Shown here piece after piece: positions 38,771-48,925 of a stretch of DNA of 64,000 nt. Positions within the stretch are counted from its first letter, which is position 1; the number at the start of each line of letters is the position of its first letter. The translations under genes were made by a program, and so were the position numbers. Source of the DNA: an uncultured Gemmatimonadaceae bacterium (lineage in GTDB: Bacteria; Gemmatimonadota; Gemmatimonadetes; Gemmatimonadales; Gemmatimonadaceae); contig CAVXGK010000002.1 of NCBI GenBank assembly GCA_963761305.1, positions 3,136,001-3,200,000 of the forward strand. The letters run 5' to 3'. The notes under the pieces are model-generated. The model had not been told where the DNA came from, did no database searches, and saw only the letters and a list, made by a program, of their open reading frames with translations.

Positions 38771-38935
38771 ATGGGTAAGCCGACGTACCGTCCCCGAAAC
38801 AAGCGCCGCATCAAAACCCACGGGTTTCGCACGCGTATGGAAACGAAATGGGGACGCGAAGTTCTCAGCCGGCGGCGCAAAAAGGGACGCAAGCGTCTCA
38901 CCGTCAAGCTGCCGAGCAAGTACGCCGGCGTCTGA
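38771..38935 (+). CDS. rpmH: 50S ribosomal protein L34
   Basis: Read by hand: [61 protein letters not shown]; too short for the ORF track. Confidence 0.97.
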   Translation: MGKPTYRPRNKRRIKTHGFRTRMETKWGREVLSRRRKKGRKRLTVKLPSKYAGV

Positions 38936-39314
38936 CGACGGCCTTGGGTTTCCGCGTGAGGCTCGCCTCACACGGCGCCTCGACATTCAGAGGGTTGTAC
39001 AAGAGGGGAGGCGAATTCGCACCGCGTACCTCGACGTCCGCGTGCTCGCGTCCCCTCTGTCGCGTTCCCGGATTGGGATCATCGTGCCACGACACCACCA
39101 CACCGCGGTCGACCGCAACCGACTCAAGCGTCGGCTCCGCGAGTTGGCGCGCGTTCGGCTGTTGCCGATGTTGCGAACAGCCCCGGCGCACGACGTCGCG
39201 ATTCGAGCTCGACGCGAGGCGTACGCCGCTCGACTCGACGGCATTTCGGCCGACATCGACACGATCGTTTCGCGGTTTACGTCCCCTTCAGCAACCCAGG
39301 CGCCCGCGGAGTAG
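38931..39314 (+). CDS. rnpA: Ribonuclease P protein component (start codon unresolved)
   Basis: FPREARL, RIGIIV and the RNR motif [13 protein letters not shown]; canonical position after rpmH. Confidence 0.9.
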   Translation, partial: SDDGLGFPREARLTRRLDIQRVVQEGRRIRTAYLDVRVLASPLSRSRIGIIVPRHHHTAVDRNRLKRRLRELARVRLLPMLRTAPAHDVAIRARREAYAARLDGISADIDTIVSRFTSPSATQAPAE

Positions 39315-39319
39315 ACGCG

Positions 39320-39529
39320 ATGCGGCGCGTTCTGGTCCTCTTCGTGCGCGGCTACCAGGTGGCGATCTCACCGATACTGCCCGCGTCGTGCCGCTATTAT
39401 CCAAGCTGCTCCGCCTACGCAATCGAGGCGATCGAACGCTACGGTGCGATGCGTGGCGCCTGGATGGCGGCGCGCCGGATCGCGCGGTGTCATCCGTTCC
39501 GCCCCGGCGGCTACGACCCCGTCCCATAG
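39320..39529 (+). CDS. yidD: Membrane protein insertion efficiency factor
   Basis: [23 protein letters not shown]. Confidence 0.96.
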   Translation: MRRVLVLFVRGYQVAISPILPASCRYYPSCSAYAIEAIERYGAMRGAWMAARRIARCHPFRPGGYDPVP

Positions 39530-39553
39530 CGACTCGACTTTCCAGAACTTTGC

Positions 39554-41254
39554 ATGGATAAACGCACGCTGCTCGCGGCCGCCCTGATGGCGCTCGTCAT
39601 CGTTCTGACGCCGCGACTCTTCTCGTCGAGGTCGGCGGCTCCGACCCCAGCAGACACCTCGGCCGCGAGTGCCGCGAGATCGCCGAGCACCGGAGCGAGC
39701 ACGTCGCCCGGACCCGCCACGCAAGCTCCGTCGGTACCGTTGCCGAACTCTGCTCTGCCCGCGCCGGCGCCGAAGGGCGCGGCTCATCCGGCCGAGCGCG
39801 CGGCGACACTCAACACGCCGCGCGCGACGATCGCGCTGATGAATCCCGGCGCGTCTCCGGCCGACGTCGCCCTTCCGGGTTTTCGCGACTTGAGGCCGGG
39901 CGTGGCCCACGGCTCGCCGGCTTTGATCGCGCCCGTGGGGCAGGCCCACCTGATCTATCGCCTGGCAACCGGCCGAGACACGATCGCGCTCGACACGCTG
40001 CAATTCACGGTGACCCAAACGCCGAACGAGGTCACCTTTGCGTCTGCGCCGATCACGTTGACGTATCGCACGACGTCCGACGGGTTTCGACTCGCGGTGA
40101 ACGGCCAAGCCGCGAACGCTCCGCCCGGCTCGTCGCTCGTCATCGATCTCCCGTCGGGGTTCAAGTCCATCGAAGCCGACACGCTCGAGGACTCTCGACA
40201 TCTCGCCTTCGGCTATCAGATCCCGCGCCGAGACGTGACGAGCATTCCGTTCGCAAAGCTGGAACCGGGATCAGTGCGCGTCGACACGGGATCCTTTCAG
40301 TGGGTAGCCGCGCGGACGAAGTACTGGGTGGTCGCGCTGATGCAGCCGGTCGGCTCGACTCCCCCCGCGGGGATTTTTCGCGACATGCTGCTGCGCGGCG
40401 CGCCACGTACGGGAAAAGTCGCCAACAGCGCGTACGCAACGACGACTCTGCCGCTCAAGAACGGCGCGTTCGCCTTCGACGTCTATGTCGGACCGCAGTC
40501 GTGGGCCGATCTGCACGCGCTCGGCAACGGACTGGAGGGCGTGAACCCGTACGCCGGGTGGCTGCACCCGATCGTGCAGCCGTTCACGACGATCATGATG
40601 CGGGTGCTGCTGTGGATGAAGGCGACGCTCCGGGTGAATTACGGATGGGTGCTCGTCATCTTCGGCATCGTGATTCGGTTGCTGCTCTGGCCGCTGAACA
40701 ACAAGGCGATGCGATCGAGCATCCAGATGCAGCGGCTGCAGCCTGAGCTGACCGCGATCCAGACGAAGTACAAGAGCGATCCGGAGAAGCAGCGCGAGCT
40801 CATGATGAAGCTGTACCGCGATCACAATATGAGCCCGTTGAGCCCGTTGCTCGGCTGTCTGCCGATGCTGCTGCCGCTGCCGTTGCTCTACGCGCTCTAC
40901 TACGTGTTTCAAAACACGATCGAATTTCGCGGCGTGGCGTTCCTCTGGCTTCCCGACCTCGCACTCAAGGATCCGCTGTACATCATCCCGCTAGTCATGG
41001 GCGGCTCGATGTTCTTGCTGTCGTGGATCGGCTTGCGTTCGAGTCCGCCGAACCCGCAGGCGAAGATGATGAGCTACATGATGCCAGTGATGTTCACGTT
41101 TCTATTCATGAACTTCGCGTCCGGTTTGAACTTGTATTACGCCGTGCAGAACATCGCGGCGTTGCCGCAGCAGTGGTTCCTGACACGACAGCGGGCGCGT
41201 TCTGGGGTCGCGCCGGCGAGCTCGGCGCTGGGGAGTGCGGCCCGGAAGACGTAG
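39554..41254 (+). CDS. yidC: Membrane protein insertase YidC
   Basis: MDKRTLLA, YVGP, NYGW, GCLP, WLPDL..KDP, SGLNLYY. Confidence 0.96.
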   Translation: MDKRTLLAAALMALVIVLTPRLFSSRSAAPTPADTSAASAARSPSTGASTSPGPATQAPSVPLPNSALPAPAPKGAAHPAERAATLNTPRATIALMNPGASPADVALPGFRDLRPGVAHGSPALIAPVGQAHLIYRLATGRDTIALDTLQFTVTQTPNEVTFASAPITLTYRTTSDGFRLAVNGQAANAPPGSSLVIDLPSGFKSIEADTLEDSRHLAFGYQIPRRDVTSIPFAKLEPGSVRVDTGSFQWVAARTKYWVVALMQPVGSTPPAGIFRDMLLRGAPRTGKVANSAYATTTLPLKNGAFAFDVYVGPQSWADLHALGNGLEGVNPYAGWLHPIVQPFTTIMMRVLLWMKATLRVNYGWVLVIFGIVIRLLLWPLNNKAMRSSIQMQRLQPELTAIQTKYKSDPEKQRELMMKLYRDHNMSPLSPLLGCLPMLLPLPLLYALYYVFQNTIEFRGVAFLWLPDLALKDPLYIIPLVMGGSMFLLSWIGLRSSPPNPQAKMMSYMMPVMFTFLFMNFASGLNLYYAVQNIAALPQQWFLTRQRARSGVAPASSALGSAARKT

Positions 41255-41305
41255 TCGGTCCCTTCGTGCGCAACCCGCACGGCCGTTGCACGTTTGGGCG
41301 ATGCC

Positions 41306-42091
41306 ATGCACGTCACGTACATCGGGCACGCGACTTTACTCATCGAGGTCGGCGAGACGCGAATTCTCACCGACCCCAACTTCGACCCGCGGCTGGGACG
41401 CATCCTGCCGCGCGTCGCGCCGCCCGGAATCGCGCTCGACGAGCTTCCCAAGCTGGACGCCATCCTCCTCACGCACGCGCACGCGGATCACTTGTCGTTC
41501 GATTCGCTGGACCGGCTGCGCGAAATCCCCATCATCGCGCCGCCCGCCGTCGCGAACTGGCTGCGGCGCCTGGGCTACCGTGAATCGGTGCCCGTCGGGC
41601 CCGGCGAGCGATTCGAGATCGCGACCATCAACGTCCACGCGGCGACGGCCACGCATCGCGGCAACCGCTACGGCTTCGACCGATGGCGCAGCGCGACGAA
41701 CATGTATTTGATCGACGCCGGCGCCACGACGGCTTTTTTCGCCGGCGACACGGCGCTCGACACCGACACGCACGGCCTCGTCGAACGGGTGCTTTGGGAG
41801 CGCGGACAGGAACTCGACCTCGCGATGTTGCCGATCGGCTACGCGCCGTGGTGGAAACCCGGATTTCGCCGAGGACACCTCACGCACGACGACGCCCTGG
41901 AGTTGTTCGAGCGTTTGCGGGCGAAAATGTTTGTCCCCTACCACTGGGGCACGTTTCGCCACGTGACGGCCACGGCCCACGACGCGATTCGCCGATTGCG
42001 CGCGGCGATCGAACGTCACCCGCTAGGCGCCGGCGTGCGGATCATCGAACCCGGAGAGTCGCTCGAGGTCAACGGGGACATGGCCGCGTGA
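41306..42091 (+). CDS. MBL-fold metallo-hydrolase (NAPE-PLD/UlaG-like)
   Basis: THAHADH, FAGDT, LPIG, PYHWGTF. Confidence 0.9.
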   Translation: MHVTYIGHATLLIEVGETRILTDPNFDPRLGRILPRVAPPGIALDELPKLDAILLTHAHADHLSFDSLDRLREIPIIAPPAVANWLRRLGYRESVPVGPGERFEIATINVHAATATHRGNRYGFDRWRSATNMYLIDAGATTAFFAGDTALDTDTHGLVERVLWERGQELDLAMLPIGYAPWWKPGFRRGHLTHDDALELFERLRAKMFVPYHWGTFRHVTATAHDAIRRLRAAIERHPLGAGVRIIEPGESLEVNGDMAA

Positions 42092-43506
42092 CGCCGTCGC
42101 TCCCCGAGCGAGGGCAGCCGCGCATTTCACCGATTCATTCGTCGGACACGATCATCGCCCCGGCAACCGCTCCGGGCCGCGGCGCGCTGGCGGTCGTGCG
42201 ACTATCGGGGCCTGGCGCCCACGCGATCGGGAGGGCGTCGCTTCATCCGTGGCCCGAGGTCGCCCGGAGCGCGACGGTTTCGCAGGTTCGCGATCTCGCC
42301 GGCACGGTACTCGATCAGGTCGTGGCGATCCGTTACGACGCGCCGGCGTCGTTCACCGGCGAGGATTCCGTCGAACTGATCACGCACGGCGGAGCGGTCG
42401 TGTCGGCGACGGTGGTGGCCGCGTTCGTGGCGCGAGGGGCGCGCGTGGCACACCCGGGCGAGTTCACGCGCCGCGCGGTTCTCAACGGAAAGCTCGACAT
42501 CCTCCAGGCGGAGGCGACGGGGGATCTCATCGACGCGGGGTCGCGTGCCGCTCAGGCAGTGGCGTTGCGCCAGCTCGATGGCGGGCTGACGCGTCGTGTG
42601 GCGTCTCTGCGCGCGGAGCTGATCGCGCTCGAGGCGCTGATCGCCTACGACATCGACTTCCCCGAGGAGGACGATGGTCCGATCGCGCCGGCGAGGATCG
42701 CAAAGCAAACCGACGCGGTGATCGACGCACTGGGAGGCCTGCTCTCGACCGCGCGCACGGGCGAGCTGGTCCGCGAGGGTGCGCTCGTCGTGATCGCCGG
42801 CGCGCCGAACGTCGGCAAGTCTTCCCTGTTCAACGCACTGCTGGGGGAGAGCCGTGCGATAGTCACCGACATCCCCGGCACGACCCGCGACGCGATCGAG
42901 GCGGTCGTCGACACGCCGACGGTCCCGCTTCGCCTCGTCGACACAGCCGGGATTCGCGACGCCGTCGATCCGGTCGAGCGGCTCGGTGTCGAGGTGAGCG
43001 CATCGTACGTGTCGCGCGCGGCGGTCGTGCTGGCGTGCGGCGACGGGGTCGCGTCGCTGCGCCAGATCGGCGCGACGCTGGCCGGGCGCGCCGGCGCGAC
43101 GGTGGTGGTGGTTCGCACGAAAAGTGACATCGCACCGCCGTCGGACGCCGAGCTGTCGGATGCGCGCTCCGCGACGGGCGCGACGAGCAGCGTCGCCGTG
43201 AGCGCGGAGACCGGCGCGGGGCTCGATGCGCTTCTCGGGCTCGTCGCCCACTTGGTCGCGGACGGCGCGGTCGAGCTGCACGCCGATGCGCCGATTCTGA
43301 CGCGCGAGCGGCACCGCTACGCCGTGTCTCGGGCGCTCGACGAGGTGCGGGCGTTCCGGGATGCGTGGCGAGACGGCGCGCTGCCGGCGACGGTCGCCGC
43401 CGTGCATCTGCGCGAGGCGGTGACGACGCTCGAAGATCTGATCGGCGCCGTCGACGTGGAAGACGTGTTGAACGAGGTCTTTCGGCGCTTCTGCGTCGGA
43501 AAGTGA
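42088..43506 (+). CDS. mnmE: tRNA modification GTPase MnmE (TrmE)
   Basis: [33 protein letters not shown]-terminal FCVGK. Confidence 0.97.
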   Translation: MTPSLPERGQPRISPIHSSDTIIAPATAPGRGALAVVRLSGPGAHAIGRASLHPWPEVARSATVSQVRDLAGTVLDQVVAIRYDAPASFTGEDSVELITHGGAVVSATVVAAFVARGARVAHPGEFTRRAVLNGKLDILQAEATGDLIDAGSRAAQAVALRQLDGGLTRRVASLRAELIALEALIAYDIDFPEEDDGPIAPARIAKQTDAVIDALGGLLSTARTGELVREGALVVIAGAPNVGKSSLFNALLGESRAIVTDIPGTTRDAIEAVVDTPTVPLRLVDTAGIRDAVDPVERLGVEVSASYVSRAAVVLACGDGVASLRQIGATLAGRAGATVVVVRTKSDIAPPSDAELSDARSATGATSSVAVSAETGAGLDALLGLVAHLVADGAVELHADAPILTRERHRYAVSRALDEVRAFRDAWRDGALPATVAAVHLREAVTTLEDLIGAVDVEDVLNEVFRRFCVGK

Positions 43507-43521
43507 CGCCGGCGTGCGTCG

Positions 43522-44460
43522 CTACGCGGTCAGTGCCGCCGCGTGGCTGAGCGCCGCGATCTCGGCGGCGCGCGCGCGCACGGCCCACGAGAGTCCGTTG
43601 GCGGCGATCGCCGGCTCGCACATCCGCGCGCCGATGTAGTAGCCCGCGCGCTCCGGAATCACGTATCGGTCGACGGTACGCGCTTCATCGCTCATGCCGC
43701 CCGAGAGATAGCGGAGACGGAGGCCGAGGCCAGAGCGATCCAGGTCGCCGGCGACCGCGCGGGTCAGCACGGATTCGAGCTGTCGCACCTCGGTATACTG
43801 GCGTCGCCCATATCCGAAGTACTCCCAGGCGGCGTGGCCGGGACTCACCTGGCGCGACGCGTGAATCGCGAGTCCTTCGTTGACGAGGAGCTCACGGAGC
43901 AGCGTTCGACGTCCACTGTCCCAAAACGAGTAGTAGCCGCCTGACTCGGTGAGCACGTCGCGCAATTCGCTGCGGCTCGTGGGAGACGTGTAGCGAACGA
44001 CGTGCGCGATTTCGTGCGCCAGCCAGAGCGGAATGAGCTCGGGGTCGAGACCGAGGCCCTGTGTTTGCGCGTTCGTTTGACCGGTGAAGTGCTCGAGACA
44101 GACGAACGCGATACCGCGGCCGTCGACGACGAGTTCCCCGGCGTTGGCGGCGCCGACGCCCACCATCAGGACGACGTCGACGTCACAATCCATTGCAAGC
44201 AGTTCGCGGCACTGCTGTTCGGTGTTGCGTGCAAGCGACACCACATCGGTGCGCTCCAGCATCGCTCTGAGGTCCGGTCGAGCCGCCGTCACCGTCGATC
44301 GCACGATGTCCACGTAGTGCGGACCGTCGGGATCGATCACATAATTGTGCCAGTACGGCTCGAGGATCTTGCGGTGGCTGTTGAAGTAGCGCTGATACGC
44401 GGCTTGTCGGTCGGTACTATCGAGAACGGCGAAGAAGTCGGGTAGCAGGTTGATCAGCAT
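43522..44460 (-). CDS. Putative Zn-dependent protease (DUF2268-like)
   Basis: HEIAH (HExxH), downstream NEGLA and GYYIG. Confidence 0.72.
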   Translation of the reverse strand: MLINLLPDFFAVLDSTDRQAAYQRYFNSHRKILEPYWHNYVIDPDGPHYVDIVRSTVTAARPDLRAMLERTDVVSLARNTEQQCRELLAMDCDVDVVLMVGVGAANAGELVVDGRGIAFVCLEHFTGQTNAQTQGLGLDPELIPLWLAHEIAHVVRYTSPTSRSELRDVLTESGGYYSFWDSGRRTLLRELLVNEGLAIHASRQVSPGHAAWEYFGYGRRQYTEVRQLESVLTRAVAGDLDRSGLGLRLRYLSGGMSDEARTVDRYVIPERAGYYIGARMCEPAIAANGLSWAVRARAAEIAALSHAAALTA

Positions 44461-44618
44461 TCGACCGGGCGCGGGAAGGCGGCGCGACGTTTTCCGACGG
44501 ACGCGGAATGATAGTGGCGATATGAAAAGTGAACAAGAGTCGAGAGCGCGACGACGCGTGGCACAGTTCTTCCCATTTTCACTTTTGGAAAGACCGACGA
44601 GACGGCGGGGATGAACCG

Positions 44619-45272
44619 ATGACCACGCTGCAGCAGATAGAGCTTCAGTGCCCCATCTGCGAGACGCACTTTCGCTCGCAGACGGTGGTGTCAACCAATT
44701 CTTTCGGCGGGAAGCGCACCGACTTTCACGAACGCGCGGCGGGAACACAGCCGTTGCCGTACCTGATCCACACGTGCAGTCGTTGCGGATACTCGGGAGC
44801 CGATCGTGATTTTACCGATGGCGCCGACGTATCGCCGATTCTCAAAGAACGAGTCTGGTCCGAGCTGGCGCCCGCGATCAGCAGTGGCACGCGAACGGGC
44901 TCCGAGAAATACGAGGCCGCCGCGAAGGTGGCCGAATGGCAGGGCGCGGAGCCGCGCCACGTTGCCGACCTGTTGCTCCGCGCGGCTTGGTGTTGCGTGG
45001 ACGAAGGCGACACCGAGGCGGAGCGCTTCTTCCGGCGCAAGGCGGCTTGGAAGTTCGAAGAAGCGCTCAGCGCGTTCGACGGCGTGCCGCGGGACGAGCG
45101 GGCGGTGATCAACTACTTGGTCGGCGAGTTGTGGCGCCGCGTAGGCGATGCCACGCTAGCCGAGACCTGGTTCGACCGAGTCCACTCGGAGATCGTGGAT
45201 CAGGAAGCCCAGCAGTGGATCATCGAGGCGGCTGACCAGCAACGCGAGTGTCCGCGCGAGTGGTTCAGCTGA
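44619..45272 (+). CDS. DUF2225-like zinc-ribbon/TPR protein
   Basis: CPIC, TDF, CSRCGY, LRAAW, YLVGELWRRVG. Confidence 0.78.
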   Translation: MTTLQQIELQCPICETHFRSQTVVSTNSFGGKRTDFHERAAGTQPLPYLIHTCSRCGYSGADRDFTDGADVSPILKERVWSELAPAISSGTRTGSEKYEAAAKVAEWQGAEPRHVADLLLRAAWCCVDEGDTEAERFFRRKAAWKFEEALSAFDGVPRDERAVINYLVGELWRRVGDATLAETWFDRVHSEIVDQEAQQWIIEAADQQRECPREWFS

Positions 45273-45327
45273 CGGAGACCTGAGCGTCGGGTTCTGAAGT
45301 CAGCTCTGGCGACGGCTGTGGACGCGC

Positions 45328-45975
45328 TTAGCGCGTGCCGAACAGCCGATCGCCAGCGTCGCCAAGGCCGGGCAGGATGTACCCCTGCTCGTTGAGCCCA
45401 CGGTCGAGCGACGCGCAGTACACGACCACGTCGGGATGTTCGCGGGCGAGCCGGCGCACACCCTCCGGCGCCGCGACCAGACACATGAATCGAATTCGCG
45501 TCGCGCCCGCGCGTTTGAGCGAGGTCACGGCCGCGACCGCGCTGCCGCCCGTCGCGAGCATTGGATCGAGGAGAAAGAAGTCGCGTTCGGACGCGTCGCC
45601 GGGCACCTTGAAGTAGTAGTCCACCGGCTCGAGGGTGTCGTGGTCGCGATAAAGTCCGATGTGTCCGACCCGGGCACCGGGAACGAGGCGGTAGATGCCT
45701 TCGACCATGCCCAGGCCCGCGCGCAGGATCGGGACGAGCGTGAGCTTCTTTCCGCTCATCCGCTGCCCCACCGTTCGCTCCAGCGGCGTCTCCACGACAG
45801 CGTCGGCGAGCACGAGATCGCTCGTCGCTTCGTACGCGAGCAGCATGGCGATCTCGTCGACCAGCTCCTTGAAGATCTTCGTCGGCGTCTCGCGGTCGCG
45901 AAGGATGCTCAGCTTGTGCTGCACCAACGGATGCGAAACGAGACGAAGCGTCGGGAAGCCGGGGGTGGTGTCCAT
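45328..45975 (-). CDS. upp: Uracil phosphoribosyltransferase
   Basis: [35 protein letters not shown]. Confidence 0.98.
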   Translation of the reverse strand: MDTTPGFPTLRLVSHPLVQHKLSILRDRETPTKIFKELVDEIAMLLAYEATSDLVLADAVVETPLERTVGQRMSGKKLTLVPILRAGLGMVEGIYRLVPGARVGHIGLYRDHDTLEPVDYYFKVPGDASERDFFLLDPMLATGGSAVAAVTSLKRAGATRIRFMCLVAAPEGVRRLAREHPDVVVYCASLDRGLNEQGYILPGLGDAGDRLFGTR

Positions 45976-46089
45976 GGCGCGCAAACTACTAATTTCGCGC
46001 GCATGACAGAATACCGGTCACGGCCGTCGAATCGCATGGAGCACGCGCGGCCGTCATCGGCGTCGAGCGCGCTCTAGTCTCGCTCACCC

Positions 46090-46698
46090 ATGCTTCCGCC
46101 GCGTCGCGCAAACTGGTGGCGCCTGGGTTGGCTGGTGAGCCTCTTGATGATCGCCGGCTGGGCGCTGTCGCTGTTCGGAGTCTACGTCTGGGGGCATCGC
46201 GACACGGCCCGACCGGTGGCGGCGATCGTGGTGATGGGTGCCGCGCAATACGGCGGCCGTCCGTCGCCCGTGTTCCGCGCCCGCATCGACCACGCGATCG
46301 ACCTCTGGCGCCGCGGACTCGCGCCGCGACTGATCTTCACCGGCGGTCCCGGCGACCGCGACACGACGAGCGAAGCGGCCGTCGCCGAGCGGTACGCAAT
46401 CGATCGCGGCATTCCCGCGCGAGCGATCCTGATCGAGAACGCCGGCCGGTCGACGTCGGAATCACTTCAGCACGTGGCCGCGCTCATGGATGCCGAACCG
46501 TCGCGCAGCGTGATCCTGGTGAGCGACCCGTTCCACATGCTTCGGTTGACCATCGTCGCCCGGCGGTTCGGGCTCACCGCCTACGAGTCGCCGACGCAAA
46601 CCAGCCCGATCTCGACGAGCTGGCGCGAGTCCTGGAAATACGCGCTCGGCGAATCGATCAAGGTGCCGATCACCTTTCTGCTACAGCGCCGCGAATAG
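46090..46698 (+). CDS. YdcF/ElyC/SanA (DUF218) family protein
   Basis: N-terminal TM, IVVMGAA, TGG, SEA, VSDPFHMLR. Confidence 0.88.
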   Translation: MLPPRRANWWRLGWLVSLLMIAGWALSLFGVYVWGHRDTARPVAAIVVMGAAQYGGRPSPVFRARIDHAIDLWRRGLAPRLIFTGGPGDRDTTSEAAVAERYAIDRGIPARAILIENAGRSTSESLQHVAALMDAEPSRSVILVSDPFHMLRLTIVARRFGLTAYESPTQTSPISTSWRESWKYALGESIKVPITFLLQRRE

Positions 46699-47560
46699 GG
46701 GCGCGCGCGGCGAGCGACCCGCCCCTCTGGACGGCACGAACGAGCCACGACCAGTACGCCTGCCCGCCAACCTCGGGAACGTCGTTGTGGCCGGCCCCGC
46801 GCACGACGAGCAGCTCGCCTTTGTTCGCGGCCGCGGCAAACACCTCACGCCCCATACGGACGGGCACGACGGCGTCCCGGTCGCCGTGCGACACCCACAC
46901 CGGCGCGCGAAGCGAGCGGACGCGAGTCGGCGTGTCGTAATGAATTCTCGAGATGAGCCGCCAGAACCCGCCTATGCCAGGAACGCCGAGCCGGGCCGCC
47001 ATCGCGCGGGCCGTGGTGAGCGGGGCTTGCAGCACGAGCGCGCGCGGCGGTTCACGCGCGGCGAGCTCCGCGGCGACGGCGCTGCCGAGCGAGTGTCCGT
47101 ACAGAACGAGATCGCCGTGCGCGACGCCAAGGTGCTCGGAGAGAAAGTCCGCGGCGGCCGTGGCGTCGAGGGACGAGGTCGTGTAGGTCGGCCCGCCGGG
47201 AATGCCGTCGTACCCGCGATACTCGGGAAGGAACACGCATGCGTCGGCTTCTCGGGCGAGACGCGACGCCCATGGTACCAACCAGCGCGAGAGGTCGGCG
47301 TTTCCGTGAAACGCGACGACGGCTGTGCGTCCTGGACGGCAGTCGCCGACCAGGAAACCGAAGAGCTCGACACCGTCAGCGGCTCGGTAAGTCACGCGCT
47401 CCGCGGGGACGGGCCCGTCGTGGACGCGATGGGGCGGCTGGAACAGCACGCGCTCCTGATAGTGCCAAAGCATGAGCAACAGCCCGACATACGCGAGCGC
47501 CGCCCCGGCGGCGACGAAACAGATCAGACGTAGCACGCGCGATCGCGTCGATTCGACCAA
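46670..47560 (-). CDS. Membrane-anchored alpha/beta hydrolase (start approximate)
   Basis: FHGNA, EYRGY, GHSLG, HGDRD, AGHND. Confidence 0.87.
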   Translation of the reverse strand: MVESTRSRVLRLICFVAAGAALAYVGLLLMLWHYQERVLFQPPHRVHDGPVPAERVTYRAADGVELFGFLVGDCRPGRTAVVAFHGNADLSRWLVPWASRLAREADACVFLPEYRGYDGIPGGPTYTTSSLDATAAADFLSEHLGVAHGDLVLYGHSLGSAVAAELAAREPPRALVLQAPLTTARAMAARLGVPGIGGFWRLISRIHYDTPTRVRSLRAPVWVSHGDRDAVVPVRMGREVFAAAANKGELLVVRGAGHNDVPEVGGQAYWSWLVRAVQRGGSLAARAPIRGAVAER

Positions 47561-47611
47561 CGAATCCTTGTCAGGGTTCCAGTGCTCACTAGAGGAGTGC
47601 AATTTAGACCC

Positions 47612-48925
47612 ATGCGCATTCCGATCGATACCTTTCGATTGCCGAACGGACTGTTTGTTTGCCTGTCCGAAGATCACACGGCGCCGATCGTGGCAGTGAA
47701 CCTCTGGTATCACGTCGGCTCGGCAAACGAGCCGCCGGGCCGCACCGGGTTCGCGCATCTGTTCGAGCACATGCTGTTCCAAGGCTCGGCGGACGTCGAG
47801 GCCAACGAACACTTCGAGCTCGTGCAGCGTGCCGGCGGCACGCTCAACGGATCGACCTGGCTCGAGCGCACGAACTACTTCGAGACGCTCCCGTCCAACC
47901 AGCTCGAGCTGGCGCTGTGGTTGGAGGCGAATCGCATGGGCAAGCTGCTGCCGGCGATGACGCAGCAGAAGCTGGACACCCAACGCGACGTGGTGATGAA
48001 CGAGCGCCGTTGGTCGATGGACAACCAGCCGTACGGGACGTGGATGGAAAAGCTGCCGGCGCTCTGCTTTCCGCCGGAGCATCCGTTTCATCACTCCCTC
48101 ATGGGCTCGATGGACGACTTGACGGCCGCGAGCTTGAAGGACATCGCCCAGTTTTTCGCGACGTACTACACGCCCGACAACGCCGTCCTGTCGATCGCGG
48201 GAGACTTCGATCCCGCCGACGTGCGCCGTCTCGTCGACAAGCATTTCGGCGCGATTCCGCGGGGTGCGGGCAAGCCGCCGCTGCCGGACATGTCGCTCCC
48301 GCCGAAGTTCGGCGACTGGAGGCGCGAGATCGTTCCCGACGACATCATGCTGCCGAGGTTGTTCCTCGCCTTCCGGTCACCGGCGTTCGGAACGGACGAG
48401 TACTACGCGGCAAGCACGTGCGGCGCGGTGCTCGGACTGAGGAACGCGAGCCTGCTGCGACGACGACTGGTGCGCGAACGACAGGTTGCGGCGGAGGTCA
48501 CCGCCTTCACGTACGATCTGTCGAAGGGCGCGGATCTGCTCGTCGTGGACGCAACGGCGCGGCCCGGTGTGTCCGCGGAACAACTCGAGCACGAGGTCGC
48601 GCGCGAGATCGACGTGGTCGTGCGAGACGGCGTGTCCGACGAGGACGTCGAGCGCGCCGTGGCGGTGATTCAGACGATGTTCGTGTCGTCGATGCAGCAG
48701 GCCGCCGAGCGCGCCGACCGGATGTCGCTCTTTGCGACGTACCTTGGCGATCCCACCAAGCTGAACGACGAGGTCGATCGCTATCGAGACGTCACCGCGC
48801 GCGAGGTGAACGCCTTCATTCGCGCTCGATTGGGCGAAGACAATCGCGCCAGCCTGATCTACGTGCCGCGCGAGGCAGCGCCTGAGGAGCTGGTGGGTTC
48901 CGGCGTCGCGGCGGCGAACGAATGA
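47612..48925 (+). CDS. M16 peptidase, catalytic subunit, cytoplasmic
   Basis: LPNGL, GFAHLFEHMLF, NERR; no signal peptide. Confidence 0.93.
   Translation: MRIPIDTFRLPNGLFVCLSEDHTAPIVAVNLWYHVGSANEPPGRTGFAHLFEHMLFQGSADVEANEHFELVQRAGGTLNGSTWLERTNYFETLPSNQLELALWLEANRMGKLLPAMTQQKLDTQRDVVMNERRWSMDNQPYGTWMEKLPALCFPPEHPFHHSLMGSMDDLTAASLKDIAQFFATYYTPDNAVLSIAGDFDPADVRRLVDKHFGAIPRGAGKPPLPDMSLPPKFGDWRREIVPDDIMLPRLFLAFRSPAFGTDEYYAASTCGAVLGLRNASLLRRRLVRERQVAAEVTAFTYDLSKGADLLVVDATARPGVSAEQLEHEVAREIDVVVRDGVSDEDVERAVAVIQTMFVSSMQQAAERADRMSLFATYLGDPTKLNDEVDRYRDVTAREVNAFIRARLGEDNRASLIYVPREAAPEELVGSGVAAANE

Noticed and set aside
38848..39561. 237-aa ORF overlapping rpmH, rnpA and yidD
   Set aside because: Alternative frame over three well-supported genes, with Arg/Ser-rich non-protein-like composition.
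41683..42087. Long N-terminal extensions in the ORF track (mnmE, ABC ATPase, NUDIX, M16, permeases, ddl)
   Set aside because: They overlap upstream genes; the true starts fit the ATGA/GTGA overlaps at the preceding stops.
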